A stretch of DNA of 64,000 nt from Rhynchobatus australiae (GCA_034780895.1 JAUZTB010000062.1:22716742-22780741), one strand, 5' to 3'. Counted from the stretch's first letter, positions 50,881 through 64,000 are shown. Numbers and translations: made by a program. The notes: a model not told the origin generated them from the sequence alone.

Positions 50881-51889
50881 AGAGATGTGTAATCAACATT
50901 AGAATGTGTATCTGCCCTGTCAGGGCAATAGAATGCAAGCTTGAAAGACACTTGTAAGCCACGTAGCTCATTGATTGAGCTTACATTGGACAAGGCTAGA
51001 CTGCAATGCCTTAAGCTTAAGTTATGAGGAGAAAAAAAGGATATCAGCCCTTCAGGCCTGAAAGGAACCTAAGATGTAACAAATATACCAGCTGTCAATA
51101 CTAACCATTCCCACGTCTCAACTTTCCACAGCCGTATCCCAATGATGAGCTTGCTTGGTTAGGGTGTACTGGAACTGAGCAGAGTTGTCCTGAGTGGCAA
51201 CAGGATCTTGAAAGCCATAATGGAATAAGGCAGACAGAACAAGTCATGCAATGAAACTCCTGTGGATGCCTCAGATAGCTGCAAGCAAAGCTTCTTTATC
51301 TGGAATCTCCCATCATTAATAGAAGCAAGACCAATGTAGGCCAAAGAAGTAATGGGAGAAAAAAACTGGAGGAAAAAAAATGTTTCAGGAATTGAGGCTG
51401 TATATTTTTCTGGAAAATAAAGGCAGAAAAGGGTAAATGAAAACACACGAGCTTTATTGTCAGCCAGTGAAAACTGCAACTGATTAGCTTTTACAAGGAA
51501 TATCATGCGGTACAGTTCTCACATCTTAACTGTAATTATAAAAGATCATGTCAAGATAACTGAGTTAATTATCTCTTCAAGTGTTATGTTAAAGTCATGA
51601 AGGCTCATTTCTTTTTACAGAAGATCTGATTTTCTACCAAACTGCTACCAAAGGGAGGAGGGGATATGTTTGGAGGGAACAGACAATTAGGAGGTCAGAT
51701 GGGTTCAAGTGGAGGTTATTGCAAACACTTGAGGAGAGGATATTACCAAGTTAAGTTTTGGCTGGTGTGCTTTGGGGATCTGGACCAAATAAATTTACAG
51801 CTCTTAACATCAATTCATTACTTTGCTATCATAACACAGGAGACACTTGCACAAGCCACATTTACAGGGGAAGCATCATCCCTGCATCT

Positions 51890-52260
51890 ACCTTGACAAG
51901 CCAAATAAGAACTGTGTGTTTTGATGGGGTTAACTCTCATTCTTCTAAATCTAGAGTGTATAGATCCATCTGCCTAATCTCTCCTCATAGAATGATTCAT
52001 CAATCCAGGAATCAGACTGGTAACTTTTGTTTCATTCTCCCTATCATAGGTACATGCTTCTCCAAGTGGCAAGTCAAGGTCCTACACAATATTCCAGGCC
52101 TGACTTATATAATTGCAACAATACATTGTTACTCTTCTACTCAAAACTTATTGCAATAAAGACCAGCATACTCATTGTTTGCGGTACCTGCATCTTACTT
52201 TCAGTGGTTCAACTACAAAGACGCTGACGAGCCTTTGTTCCCCAACATATTTCAATCTCA
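51890..52260 (-). mobile_element. CR1 LINE fragment, decayed
   Basis: CCTGCATCTACCTTGACAAGCC...CTCATTCTTCTAAATCTAGAG...CACAATATTCCAGG...TTGCAATAAAGACCAGCATAC. Confidence 0.65.
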
Positions 52261-53004
52261 GCCTCTGTTGTTTATCTTATGCTTCCAGATGATGGGATTT
52301 TTCAGACTGTCAAAGCAACTTTTGTGAGGTGGTTCAAGTCAGCCATGGTGATTGTAAAAACCCTGGAGACAAATGGGTTGGGATGTTGAGTCCAGCAGCA
52401 AGAGAACTGATCCTGTAAAAAGGCTGGTTATGGTATTGAACTGATCATCCTTTGAGCAGTGTATACTTTTTCATCTGGCTTCTGGTCCACAGACAGTAAT
52501 ACTTTCAGAACACCAGCCACAGGTTGCAGAATACCTAACCCTTCCTTGCTTTTGAAAGTGGTATTATCTAATTGGTATCCATTAACATTTACCTGATGGG
52601 AGAGGACAAGCCAACTGTTATAATCTGGAATTTATTTCTTATCTGACCAAATTGAGCATAGAAATAAAATTCGCTGGAAATCTTTCCTTCTGCAAACTGA
52701 TTAGTGGGTAATGAAAGGAGAATATGATCAAAATGAGGAACTAAAATAAAAGAAGAGAGAACTGAAAATGATGAATTACACAAGGTTATGACAGAAATCA
52801 TAATTAGTACCGAGAAGTCTGTTCAGTAATGACCAAGAACTCAACTTAGTCTAAGTTTCTTGCTGCATTTATTTACATTATGACACTGACTATACTTTAA
52901 AAATGAATAGATTAGGGTTCATTAACATAGCAGAGGAGTCAGATACACTTCATATCTGACCCCTTTGTTTTATGGCACGAATGAATGGCATAAGAAACTC
53001 AACT

Positions 53005-53860
53005 CCTTCATCAGTGACCTTCCTTACATAAAAGGTCAGAAGTAGAGATGTTTGCCCATTACTGCACAATATTCGATTTCATTTGCAGCTCCTCAGCAAG
53101 AGCTGGACAACACTTAGACATGGGCCATAAGTGGTACATATTATTCATGGCCCAGAAGTGCCAAGCAACAACTACCTCTAACAAGAGTCTAAATACCAAC
53201 ACTTGACATTCAATGGCATTACCATCACAGATATCCCTACCATCAATAATATGAAATCACTATTGACCAGAAACTCAACTGAACCATCCATACAAATACC
53301 ATGGCCAGAGGAACAGGTCAGATGCTGGGTTTCCTGCAATAAAAATCACCTCCTGACAGCACCCAAAGGACTTTCCACCAGCCACAAGACAGGAATGTGA
53401 TAAAGTACCTTGTCCATGCATTGACCAGTACAGCTCCAGCAAGTCTCAAGAAGCTTGACACAATCCAGGACAAGGCAGCCCACTTGACTGGCACTCCATC
53501 AACTTCCCTGAACATTCATTCCCTCCACAACCAGTTCACAGCGGCTGTCTGTGCCATCTACAAAATACACTTCTGTTACTTACCTAGCTTACTCTGATAG
53601 CAACTCCTCAAGGACAAGAGGATCAGGCACGTTTGAACAGGTTCCCCTCTGTGTTGCTCACCATCAAAAGAATGGAAATGTATAGCTTGTACTTCTTAAT
53701 CAACAGGAATAAATCTTAGACTTTCCTACTCAACAGCAGTGTGGGAGCACCTTCACAAGAACGTGGTTCATGCTGTTTATCATTACATTCTGTAGGGCAT
53801 TTAGAGATGGTCAATAAGTGCTGGCTTTACCAGCCATGACAATGACCAAATGCATCAAGG
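53005..53860 (+). mobile_element. Non-LTR retrotransposon (CR1/L2 group) ORF2 C-terminus plus 3' UTR, decayed
   Basis: ORF 53397-53597 TSTAPASLKKLDTIQDKAAHLTGTPSTSLNIHSLH...VCAIYKIH is an RT C-terminal signature. The 3' UTR is shared with 14100-14560 and 44770-45130. Confidence 0.85.
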
Positions 53861-55814
53861 AAAAGAATGAGGATTCCTGCCCTGAGTAAAACACGAAGTG
53901 CATATATGTGGATTGTCCTTCTTTAACTTATTTTTAATGTTAGGGAAACCCAGCATTTATTTTAAATTCTCTTTTCTAATTGCCCTTAAGAATGTTGTGG
54001 TGAGCAGCCATCTTCAACAGCGGGAGTGTGGTTTAGAATTATTTTTCACAAATATTTTAAAATTCTTCAAATAGACCCAAGTAGCTCTATCAGGGAAATC
54101 TGAAGATAGCTGACACATCTAAAGATGGCTGACAGCATCTTAGCTCATCCTTCTTTATGCAAAACACATTGGTGTGGGTGGGGAGGTCACTCAGCCAGCT
54201 GGATCCAGAACAATCCTGCCCAAGTTCTTGGCGTATTATCATTCAACGGTGCATCACTCTGTTCAACACCTAGAGTGTGGCCTCAGAAAGGCTCTCAGGG
54301 CCTGAAGGTTTCATTTGTGATTGTCAACCTGTTCATTAAACCATCCCCTGGAGTCTAACACATTGCCACAGCATCATTTCAACTCTTATGGAAATACATG
54401 AGCTCATCAGTACAATATTGTGCATTTTGGCTTTGTGACAACTAAAGCCAATACAAGAGTCATTATTTATCTGTTTTAACATCTGAAACTGCCTCCTCCG
54501 TTTTTTTAAATTCTCCAACAGCACTTTTCCCACTTCAAAGTAAAATGGCATTAGAATTGAGCTGACTTCCAGTGCAACACTATTTGTAAATCTAAGTTAC
54601 CTTCACTTACAGAAGCAGAACACTCAGCTCAATGCTGCTTTTCCCACTCACACAGTAAAAGGAAAGAGAGTCTTGGTGAACTCAGTATGATTTGAGTATT
54701 AGTGTAAATCACACTCAACTGTGAGCATTGCTCCCAACACATGGTCATGCATTATACTGCCCACTTCTATTGACCTTTATAGCCTAATGATTACTCATGT
54801 TCTATCTAGCCTCCTCTCCCCCTTATGGAAATAAACAGAGCCAAATCAGAGACCATCATGGAGAATTTGGGAAGTGAGCAAGAACCATACATTTCACTTC
54901 CAATTTATTGAACGTATTTGCTGCATTAATTAATGTGAAATTACCCGCCTCACAGACTATCCATCTCGATGCTTAATTTCTTTTGTTCCTTATTTTTAAG
55001 TCCAATGTTACAAGATTCTGCAAAATAGACTACAGTTACCCACAAACAATGATCCTATCCTCTTATCATATGATTCTTATTTAGAAGTTGGCCAAGGCTA
55101 CAATCACACAAAAAAATTGTTTCCATATGCTTTACAAAGTGCTGCTTTCCAGCCTAAGAAATCTTTGAGAATTATGTGCAGATAACTAGTACGGTCCTCT
55201 TTAGGGAAGTTTTCTTTAAATAATTCAATTTTGTTGAAATACTCAGTGTTAGCGAGAACACTATCAGAGAACAGTTGTAATAGTTATATCTATATTTTAT
55301 TAAATTTGTAATGTTTATCTTCATTTTTAATACGCAAACTAATTTATTACTCAATTAATAAACACCTATAGAATGAATGCATGCAATAGGACTTGCTGCT
55401 GGCAGCATTGTTGAATTTATATGGACCTATTGATATACATAAACATTAGTTTGAAATAGAGAAAAATGAGGGACTTCAATATTCTACTGCTATTTTAAAT
55501 ATTAACATTAATTTGTTTTTAGTTTTTATATTAACATTACAGATTTCTGTGAAATAATGCAGTTCCAAAAAAGTTTTATTTACACAAGTTCATTATTCCA
55601 CTGGTTAGCTCAGAAGCAAAACATTTAAAACTCTTTGGAACTAGTTTTGTGGAAAATGTGTGCACTCTTTGCACAAGAAACCTTTTCATTAGAGAATATT
55701 GTTCTGTTGTCAGACATCCCAACTTTTTAAAAAATATCTCCTTTGAAGAGCTGTTCAGCTGAAAGGATTAAAACTTCAAGACCCATCTGTGTAATTTAAC
55801 AGCCAATGTCAAAA

Positions 55815-55827
55815 TGCCATCTAGTGG
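55815..55827 (-). promoter_or_regulatory. CTCF consensus site
   Basis: TGCCATCTAGTGG, read CCACTAGATGGCA on the minus strand, a close match to the CTCF core, in non-repeat DNA. Confidence 0.55.
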
Positions 55828-56829
55828 ATAATGCCCATGTTTTCAACTTAAAATGTCAACCAGATGTAATTCTAATATTATTCATCAAACACTAGGTCAG
55901 ACTCTCTGCAACAAGTTTGTGAGCTGGGTGCTAGAAATGTCTTATAGCCATACAAATATTGTCAACCACACTTCTGCAGAAAAACCACCCTATTACCATG
56001 TGGCTGACAGGTCTGAAACATTTGGTCAAACCCAACAGCACAGACACTGCAGCAGGTCCTTATACACCCACACAGATCCTTTGCAAAAGCAAGCTGCAAG
56101 TTGCAACTGTTCATTTCAAATACAATAAAACCATTCATTAAAAATAAGTGCCTGCGAGGCAATATCTTCCCATCAACAAGAGCATGAAATAATTATCAAC
56201 AAACATCACCAACACGCTGCAATGCCTTAACAGCTGCCTCAGAATTTCAATAATGGATCCTGGATATTAGTGCATGGAATGCACCTGCAACACAGTTCAA
56301 TCCTACTGGATTTAGAAGCAAGCACTAGGGTAGCCTTCAAAGTGGAATAAAGACTTCAACACTGTAAAGTTAAACAATTTTTGCTAATATTGGGGAAATT
56401 GTCCAACTGTTCAGTAGCATCAAGGATGATACAGAAATAAGGCTCTGAGAAGTAAACTACACTACACTGTACAACAAGTAATGGATCACTACTCATGAGT
56501 TCCACATAGAGAATAAAGGGATGGGATGGGGCTAATTTTCTTCATTAGATACGTACCATGGAATTTAAACTTTAAAATATTTTGGATTCAGTTATTACAA
56601 CTGGCACAAAATTGGTCAAANNNNNNNNNNACTATACAAGTACATTGCAAACAGTGCATTCAGAAAATCTGAACATCTGATTGTGGGTGTCACCTTGGGG
56701 AGACCAGTTACTTCCCTCTGGAAAGAAACCGACAATGCACAAGTGTGAACAGATTGTGCACATCTTCTGATGAGCAACACGATACCAACAGAGATCACAG
56801 ACAAGACAGATCAACTGGAGTAACCATGA

Positions 56830-57290
56830 CTGGTGTGGTGAACTTGTCTTTTCTGAATTACTTACCCCAATTACCAGACGGATTCCTAGGATGGAGAGTT
56901 TATCATATGAGGAGAGAATGGGCTTATGGTCTCAAGTTTAAAAGAATAAAGAAATTATTTTATTGAAATGGGGATCAACAAGGTGGATGCAAAGCTGATG
57001 TTTTCCCTGGCTGTCTATAACAACGGAAAACCAGTATTAAAATAAGGGGTTGTCCATGCAGGATGGAGATGGGAATAATTCTCTTCACCCAGAGGTTGGC
57101 AAGTTTATAGAACTCACTATTCAAGTGGGCTGTGGAGGTTTAGGTATGACTATATACACAAGACTAAGATTGATAGATTTTTGGATATTAAGGATTAGTG
57201 TGTGCAAGTGGCACTGAGATAAAAGACCAGCCACAATCTTAATAAATGGCAGAAAAGGGATGGGACTGAATGTTTCTACTCCTTCTCCCC
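56830..57290 (+). mobile_element. CR1 LINE 3' end, decayed
   Basis: ...TATGAGGAGAGAATGGGCTTATGGTCTCAAGTTTAAAAGAAT...TTCACCCAGAGGTTGG...GGGACTGAATGTTTCTACTCC. Confidence 0.7.
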
Positions 57291-59559
57291 CCCCCCTTCA
57301 ATTCTTATAGCATGGAATTGTACAAGGAAAAATATATAGCTACAGTTTTGATGGTTATGTTCCTTTATGCACATTTTAGATTAGGCAATATTCCTACTCA
57401 CATGGATTGTTCTGCTATCCGGATATCCTGGCCAGATTACCTTGGATCACCTGAAATCTTTACCAACATGACTGTTGTTCCACTGCAGGCTTTCAGTGGA
57501 TCCGTTAGAGGGTTTGACTCGTGTTGTGATGACTTTCCACTTGAGGGATTTTGGTTCCTGGATTAATACCCATGAAGTAGCCATTTGTTTTGAAGTCACC
57601 ATAGAAGGAATATCCACTGCATATATAGAAGTGGACAAGGTGAATTGTTTGTCATGGTTATTATCACATGATAAGTGGGAATAGAGATTTAGTAGATTAA
57701 GTGACACAAATGGTCAAAAGACCACTGATGTGATCCAGTCACCCATGGGAGACTCCCTCTGTAGTTTTTGGAACAGTGTTGATCTTGCTTGCTTAAACAT
57801 GCTCTTATCCACGTGTCAAGAAGTTCCCACTATCAGCCACGGTTCTGTAGTGTAGTGGATAGACCTGAAAATAGTTAAGCTAGGCAATTTTTAAATATAT
57901 AAATGCAGTGTAATGTATTAAATCAGTAGCCTAGGGAATGAAGAAAACCAAATGCAATGTCATACAAAAAACAGAAAAAAATTGATAGCCATTTTATTTT
58001 CCGGAGAAAGAAATGACTCAGTGGTCAGCTAATAACTTAATATTCATGGCATGTTACTTCCAATTAAGAAATCATTTTTCTAGATACTCCAAGTTTCCCG
58101 TGTCCAGCGTTTGACACTCATTCGGTTTCATAAAAATGCAAATCAACTGATTAATTTTGAGGCAGAACTTCAATGTTTGTAAGTAGACTCCCCAGTTTGC
58201 AGTGACTGGGTTTAAAAGGAAGTGCTTTGCCTTTTTTCTCAGGATGTTTAAACAACAGGTTAAAAAGGTACTAACAGTTGCACTGCTGGTTGTCCCTGTT
58301 GCGACTGTGATCTTAGTCACTGGATAGACACTGAGACTGGTGATATAAAAGTCTTGATTCATTATGACAAGCAGGTATTCTCCTAGAAATCCTCTCATGT
58401 AGAGTCTCCCAAACTCAAAGTACATCACATTTTTATACCCTTAAGATCAAAGGTAACAACAAGTGATTCAATACAATTTCAATAGTTACAAATGACATTG
58501 TTCACCTCAAATGCTTCCATTGAGTTACACATTTGCAATAGGAGACACCTCTGAATGTTCAAACACCTTCGTGGAACAAAGTAATTCACACAGATCATCT
58601 AAAAGCTTCTGAGACGGAGAACTGAAGCATCCAAATACTGTGAGGGCTGACTCTGTATACACAAATATCCCAACTATTGATCAATCAAATTTGCCTGTGA
58701 CCATGTTTGATGTGCTAAGTGACAACATTAGTCTGGTCTGTAAGCTTCCTTGAGCTCAGACACCATGGCACAGAATAACTTAAATCATAGTTGCCTGGTT
58801 TGATGTAGGCCAATTAACATAATCCCATTGTTTTACATCTGGGTGACGCATACAAAAACGTCTCACAGTCACTTCACTTTTGGAGACCATATCTCTTGAG
58901 CAACCAACCCCAGCTGTGGGCCAGCAGCCTGTGCTCTGTAGCAGTGCAGTTTGTTTAGAAAGCTGTTCTTTTAACTTCAAGCTTATTACTGCTTGCTGTT
59001 TACATTAAGAACTGAAGATTCATTTTCATTTGAATTAATATCTGCTATATTTACATAATTCTGCAGCTCCTGAATCCCTAACAGTCCCTATGTACTAACT
59101 AGCCATTGGAAGTTTTAATGAGGAAGCAAAGATAACTACTGGAGATGTTCATGCCCTTCAGGAAAGAGCAACATTGCTGATTCTGTTTCATGATGAGATA
59201 GAATTGCAAGATTGTAAAAAAATAATCAGGTCCTGGGTTTAAATGTTGAAGTATCAAAAAGCATTGGATATATAAATACATGCTATTTCTCAAAGTAGTA
59301 ATTAACAAGACAGCATGTATTATGTTTTTGGCCTTAAGCTGTTGGTGCAAACAATATCTACGAAAATGATACCTTGTTGAGAAGCAAGCACACCAGATAA
59401 CATTGCTGCCCAATAGGATCACAATACAAATACAGATAAAAGTTCCATACTTAAAAGGTACATTCACGTCAACTGAAAAACCACAAGGCTTCTGGAGAAG
59501 ATGGCATCCTCACTGAAGTTCAGATGTAAAGTCACAGCCTCATCTCCTACATCTGGGAA

Positions 59560-60455
59560 GAGGATGACAAGCCAATGGAGGACATGGCTTGTCTTCCTTT
59601 TCCCATTTCAAGATAGAAGACAAAGCAGAAGGAACTCCAGAGATGCCTGCCACAGAGAAGGTCATTGCCAGGGTTCTCCTCAACAGCCTCTCACATTGGC
59701 TGACTCTGTATCTTACCGTGGGTTGTATCCATCCAGAGGTGCAACAGACATAGTCCTCATTATACATCAACTCCAAGAGGAATGCAGGGAACAGCAGCAC
59801 CAAATATACATGGACTTTTTTTTAAATGCCAAAAATGACTTTTTTTTAAATTTGTCAGCTGAGACTGTGGAGAGCCCTTCAAGTTAGGCTGCCCTTGGAA
59901 ATTCATTTCCATTTAACGTCTACTACATAATGGCATCCAAGCCACGGTTCTAACCAATGAATCCATCACAGACACAATGCCTATGCAGATCAGGATCAAG
60001 CAAAAACATTTTTCCAATTTCCCTCAACATAATATTGCACCAGTTAGCTTCCCACTGGAGTGGAGGTAATTACAGGGAGAAAGGGACTGTGTTCAACTTT
60101 TGCTCCAGAACAAAGATCACTCTAGACTCAATCACATGCAGTCGACATTTGTGTGCACAAACATTTGTAGACTTCTTCACTGAAGTCAAGAAGACAGAAA
60201 GCCTTACACTAACATCTGTAAAATAAAGGCTCTTTATCAAGCCATGTCCACTGTACAGTGCTGTCCCTATGCACTAAGGTTCACATCAAACTTCTGGAAA
60301 ACATAGAACGACCTCTCAGTGAAGGCAAACATTAATGACAAAATTCACTTCCATCTCCAGTTTGCCAACTCAGACCTTAACTGTTCTGAGCAAAGGGGTT
60401 TTCCGAAGATCAGGATCTCAAACTTGGTTTAAAGCTCAAGGTCTACCAGAAAGCA
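59560..60455 (+). mobile_element. RTE-clade LINE reverse-transcriptase remnant
   Basis: ORF 59501-59887 contains GLYPSRGATDIVLIIHQLQEECREQ, a decayed version of the RTE motif GFRxxRGTxDMIFxxRQLQEKCREQ. Later remnants include TKLKVY-like AAAGCTCAAGGTCTACC. Confidence 0.8.
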
Positions 60456-60461
60456 GTGTAT

Positions 60462-60712
60462 TGTGGAGGGTCGTGGCTGTCATGTGACAACACTGCCCTT
60501 ACCTGGTTGGAAGACACACCACTGTCAATCAAGGTTTGGCTCCGCCCCACCCATCAGTGCACACCTGCCCAATGGCCCCTTTAAGCACCTTTGTACATGG
60601 CCTTGGGCCATTGGCCTTTTCGAACTACCTGGGCTGGACCCCCCAGCCCTCCAGTACTATAAATAGTGCCAAATGTGCTTGGCTCAGTCTCTTTTGTCTC
60701 CGAGGGATGCCT
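60462..60712 (+). mobile_element. Probable LTR (U3/R part) of an LTR retrotransposon, truncated
   Basis: Abrupt GC-rich block starting TG, with GC box CTCCGCCCCAC, CCAAT motifs and TATAAATAG followed by a pyrimidine-rich tract. Cut off by the adjacent CR1 tail. Confidence 0.6.
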
Positions 60713-61088
60713 TAGAACCATAGAACAATACAGGCCTTTTGGCCCACCATGCTGTGCTGACCTTTAAACCACGCCTAGGACTATCTAACACCTTCCTCCC
60801 ACATATCCCCCTATTTTAAATTCCTCCATATGCTTGTCTAACAATCTCTTGAACTTGACCAATGTATCAGCCTCCACCACCACCCCAGGCAGTGCATTCC
60901 ATGCACCAACCACNNNNNNNNNNNNNNNNNNNNNNNNNNNNNNNNNNNNNNNNNNNNNNNNNNNNNNNNNNNNNNNNNNNNNNNNNNNNNNNNNNNNNNN
61001 NNNNNNNNNNNNNCTAAATAGCCTACCCCTTATTCTTAAATCATGCCCTCTGGTCCTGGACTTCCCCAACATCTGGAATATATTTGTC
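60713..61088 (-). mobile_element. Young CR1 LINE 3' end (5'-truncated)
   Basis: Tail TAGAACCATAGAACAATACAGGCC on the plus strand. ORF 60785-61072 (SRTRGHDLRIRG...VVGAWNALPGVVVEADTLVKFKRLLDKHM) is the canonical CR1 ORF2 C-terminus. Confidence 0.92.
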
Positions 61089-61089
61089 T

Positions 61090-63160
61090 TACCAATGGCT
61101 GTAACTACTTAGTGCTAAGTTGTGCACTAAAATAGATGTTATTAAATGACTCAGAACCATCAAATACATAACATATAGTGGTTTTCAACAGGCAACTTCA
61201 CAGTTCTATTACAGAAGTTGACAATGGAAAGAATTGATGAATTCTGCATGAGAAATACTGTCTGATCCAAACTGGAAGTTTTCTCCGATTTAACGTTTTG
61301 GTGTTAAGCTGTATTTCAAATAAATGTTACAAAATGACACTGCACAAGGAAAATCATAGCATAAAGTGTTTTCTACAATTTCAAGACATGGTGTTATTGC
61401 AGAAAATGGTAATGGAATGAACTCATGCAGTCTGCATTCAAAATCTGTTGTCACTAATTTGGGTGTTTTATCATTCTAACTTTTAGAGTCACGTTGTACA
61501 GTCAAATAAAAGTTACCAAATGCATCTGCACAATGATATAGATAAAATAAAGCAGATTTCAACAAGTGACTACAAAGTTTTATTGACAAAGCAACAATGG
61601 AATGAATTGATGCCTGCTGCATTGGAAAAGCAGTTTAACCAATTTGGAAATTTTGTCATACCAATAACTTCTTAGTGCTAAGTTGTACACTCAAATAAAT
61701 GTTATGAAATGTCTCAGCACCATGAAATACATAACATGAAATGGTTTTAAACAGGTCACAAAACAGCTTAAGTGCAGAAAGTAGCAATGGAAAGAATTGA
61801 TGAATTCTGTTTGATCCAAACTGGAAGTTTTCTCTGATTTAACGTTTCGGTGTTGAGCTGTATATTCAAATAAATATTAAAAAATGACTCTGCACAATGA
61901 AATACATAGTATAAAGTGTTTTTCTACAATTCAAGACACTATTATTGTAGAAAATGGTAATGGAATGAACTCATGCAGTCTGCATTGGAAACGCTGTTTC
62001 CACAAATTTGGGTGTTTTGTCATTTCGATGGCTTTAACTTCTAGAGGCAAGTTGTACAGTCAAATAAAAGTTACCAAATGCATCAGCACAATGATATAGA
62101 TAAAATAAATCAGATTTAAACAAGTCACTATAATTTTTATTGACAAAACAACAGTGAAATGAATTGATGCTGGCTGCATTGGAAATGTTGTGTTAGCCAA
62201 TTTGGAAATTTTGTCATAACAATAACTTCTTAGTGCTAAGTTGTACACTCAACTAAATTTTACTAAGTGTCTCACCACCATGAAATACATAACATAAAAC
62301 GGCTTTCAACAGGTAACTACAGTGTTTTATTACAGAAAGTAGCAGTGGAAAGAATTGATGAATTCTGCATCGGAAACACTATTTTATCCATTTTATCAGT
62401 TTTCTCATAGCAATTGCTTTTACTTTTTAGTGTTAAGTTGACACTTAACTAAATGTTACCAAATGACTAAGCAATATGGAATACATATAATTAAGTGGTT
62501 TTCAAATTGTCACTACCTAGTTTTATTGTAGAAAGTGGCAATGGTGAATTCTGCATGGTACTGTTTTATCCAAATTGGACATTTTCTCATACCACTGGAT
62601 TTAACGATTCGGTGTTATGTTGCACACTCTAATAAATGATACCAGATGACTCAGTACGACAATATACAGAGTTATAAAGTGCTTTTCAGCTTTTCAAGAC
62701 ACAGTATTATTGTAGACAATGGCAATGGTATGAAATTATGCAGTCTGCATTGGAAACGCTGGTTTTGCAAATTTGGATGTTTTGTCGTTCCAAAGACTTT
62801 ATCTTTTAGTGTCAAGTTGTACATCAAAGTTACCAAACAAATCAGCGCAACGAAATAGATAAAATAAAGCAGATTTCAACAACTCACTACATTGTTTTAT
62901 TGTAGAAATGTCAATGGAATGAATTGATGCAGTGTGCATTGGAAATGCTGTTTTAGCAAATTTGAAATTTTTCTCATACCAATGGGTGTAACTTTTTCAT
63001 GTTATGTTGTACACTCAAATATATGTTACCAAATGACTCCGCACCATGAAATACATGAGATAATGTGATTTTCAACAAGTCACTGCATTGTAGAAAGTGG
63101 CAATGGAATGAATTGATGCAGTCTGCAGTGGAAACACTTTTTTAGCCAATTTCAATGTTT
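61090..63160. repeat. Tandem array of ~190-bp AT-rich monomers (11 copies) with ~560-bp higher-order repeat
   Basis: The anchor (A/G)TGGAA..GAA(T/C)T.ATG recurs at 61224, 61412, 61597, 61787, 61960, 62154, 62345, 62541, 62725, 62914 and 63103. TTAGTGCTAAGTTGT recurs at 61109, 61672 and 62230. Confidence 0.93.
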
Positions 63161-63161
63161 T

Positions 63162-63820
63162 ACATAGAACATGGACATAGAACATAGAACAGTACAGCAC
63201 TATACCGGCCCTTCAGCCCACAATGTTGGCCAAACTTGAAACCTCACCTGAGACTATCTATCCACTTCCTTCCATATAGCCCTTTATTTTAAATTACTCC
63301 ATATGCTTATCTAGGAATCTCTTGAATTTGACCAATGTATCTGCTTCCACCACCGTCCCGGGCAGTGCATTCCATGCCCTTACCACTCACTGGGTAAAAA
63401 CCTTCCCTTGAACTTGCCACCCATTACTTTAAAGCCATGCCCTCTTGTATTGAGCATTGGTGCCCTGGAAAAGAGGCACTGGCTGTCCACTCTATCTATT
63501 CCTGTTAGTATTTTGTAAACCTCTATCATGTCTCCCCTCATCCTCCTTCTCTCCAATGAATAAAGCCCTAGCTCCTTTAGTCCCTTCTCATGATCCATGC
63601 TCTCTAATCCAGGCAGCATCCTGGTAAATCTCTGCTGCACCCTTTCCAACGCCTCCATGTGCTTCCTATAATGAGGCAACCAGAATTGGATACAGTACTC
63701 CAAGTGTGGTCTAACCAGAGTTTTGTAGAGCTGCATCACGAGCTCGATCCCATGACTTATGAAAGCTAACATCCCATAAGCTTTCTTAACTACCCTATCT
63801 ACCTGTGAGGCAAATTTCAG
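63162..63820 (-). mobile_element. Young CR1 LINE 3' end (5'-truncated)
   Basis: (CATAGAA)n tail. ORF 63380-63772 reads LYKTLVRPHLEYCIQFWLPHYRK...LERVQQRFTRMLPGL...RGDMIEVYKIL...TRGH. Confidence 0.95.
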
Positions 63821-64000
63821 TTACTTACCTTGTTGGTAAGCTGTGCACTGATTAATAGAGTTAGGAGCATATGCTTCATTCCAGGCTGAGGAACTGTGCT
63901 GGAGAAATTAGGTAGTATCCCTAGTAGCATAGAACCATGCCTGCACTGAGTCAAGGGGTGGCAGGTGTCGTATTGATTTTCCTTGATTGTATGTACCCAG

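Noticed and set aside
61090-63160. CRISPR array or coding repeat (zinc finger/ankyrin) interpretation of the tandem array
   Set aside because: Whole units are homologous with no unique spacers, unit lengths vary out of frame with frequent stops, and the context is eukaryotic.

Overview
Vertebrate genomic DNA, not prokaryotic. The repeat content (V-SINE/HE1-type and DeuSINE-type SINEs, HER1-like CR1 LINEs) points to a cartilaginous fish, probably a batoid (inference). It is a draft assembly with about 13 N-gaps. The window lies in the 5' part of the septin 9 (SEPTIN9) locus on the minus strand. Two coding exons are recognisable: the isoform-2-type first exon (26254-26308, MSDISVNDQLEGIISDFE) and the large phase-1/phase-1 N-terminal-domain exon (8295-8993, ALKRSFEVEEV...SQN). 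The rest is intron or upstream DNA full of decayed CR1, L2 and RTE LINEs, SINEs and a Tigger-like MITE. Nearly all other ORFs in the track are spurious or transposon remnants. The most unusual non-genic features are a ~190-bp tandem array of 11 units with a ~560-bp higher-order structure, bracketed by two same-orientation CR1 copies inside a nested RTE/LTR stack (59.5-63.8 kb), and a perfect 24-bp hairpin (2116-2170). I found no clear new multi-gene system. Repeat boundaries were read by eye and are approximate.
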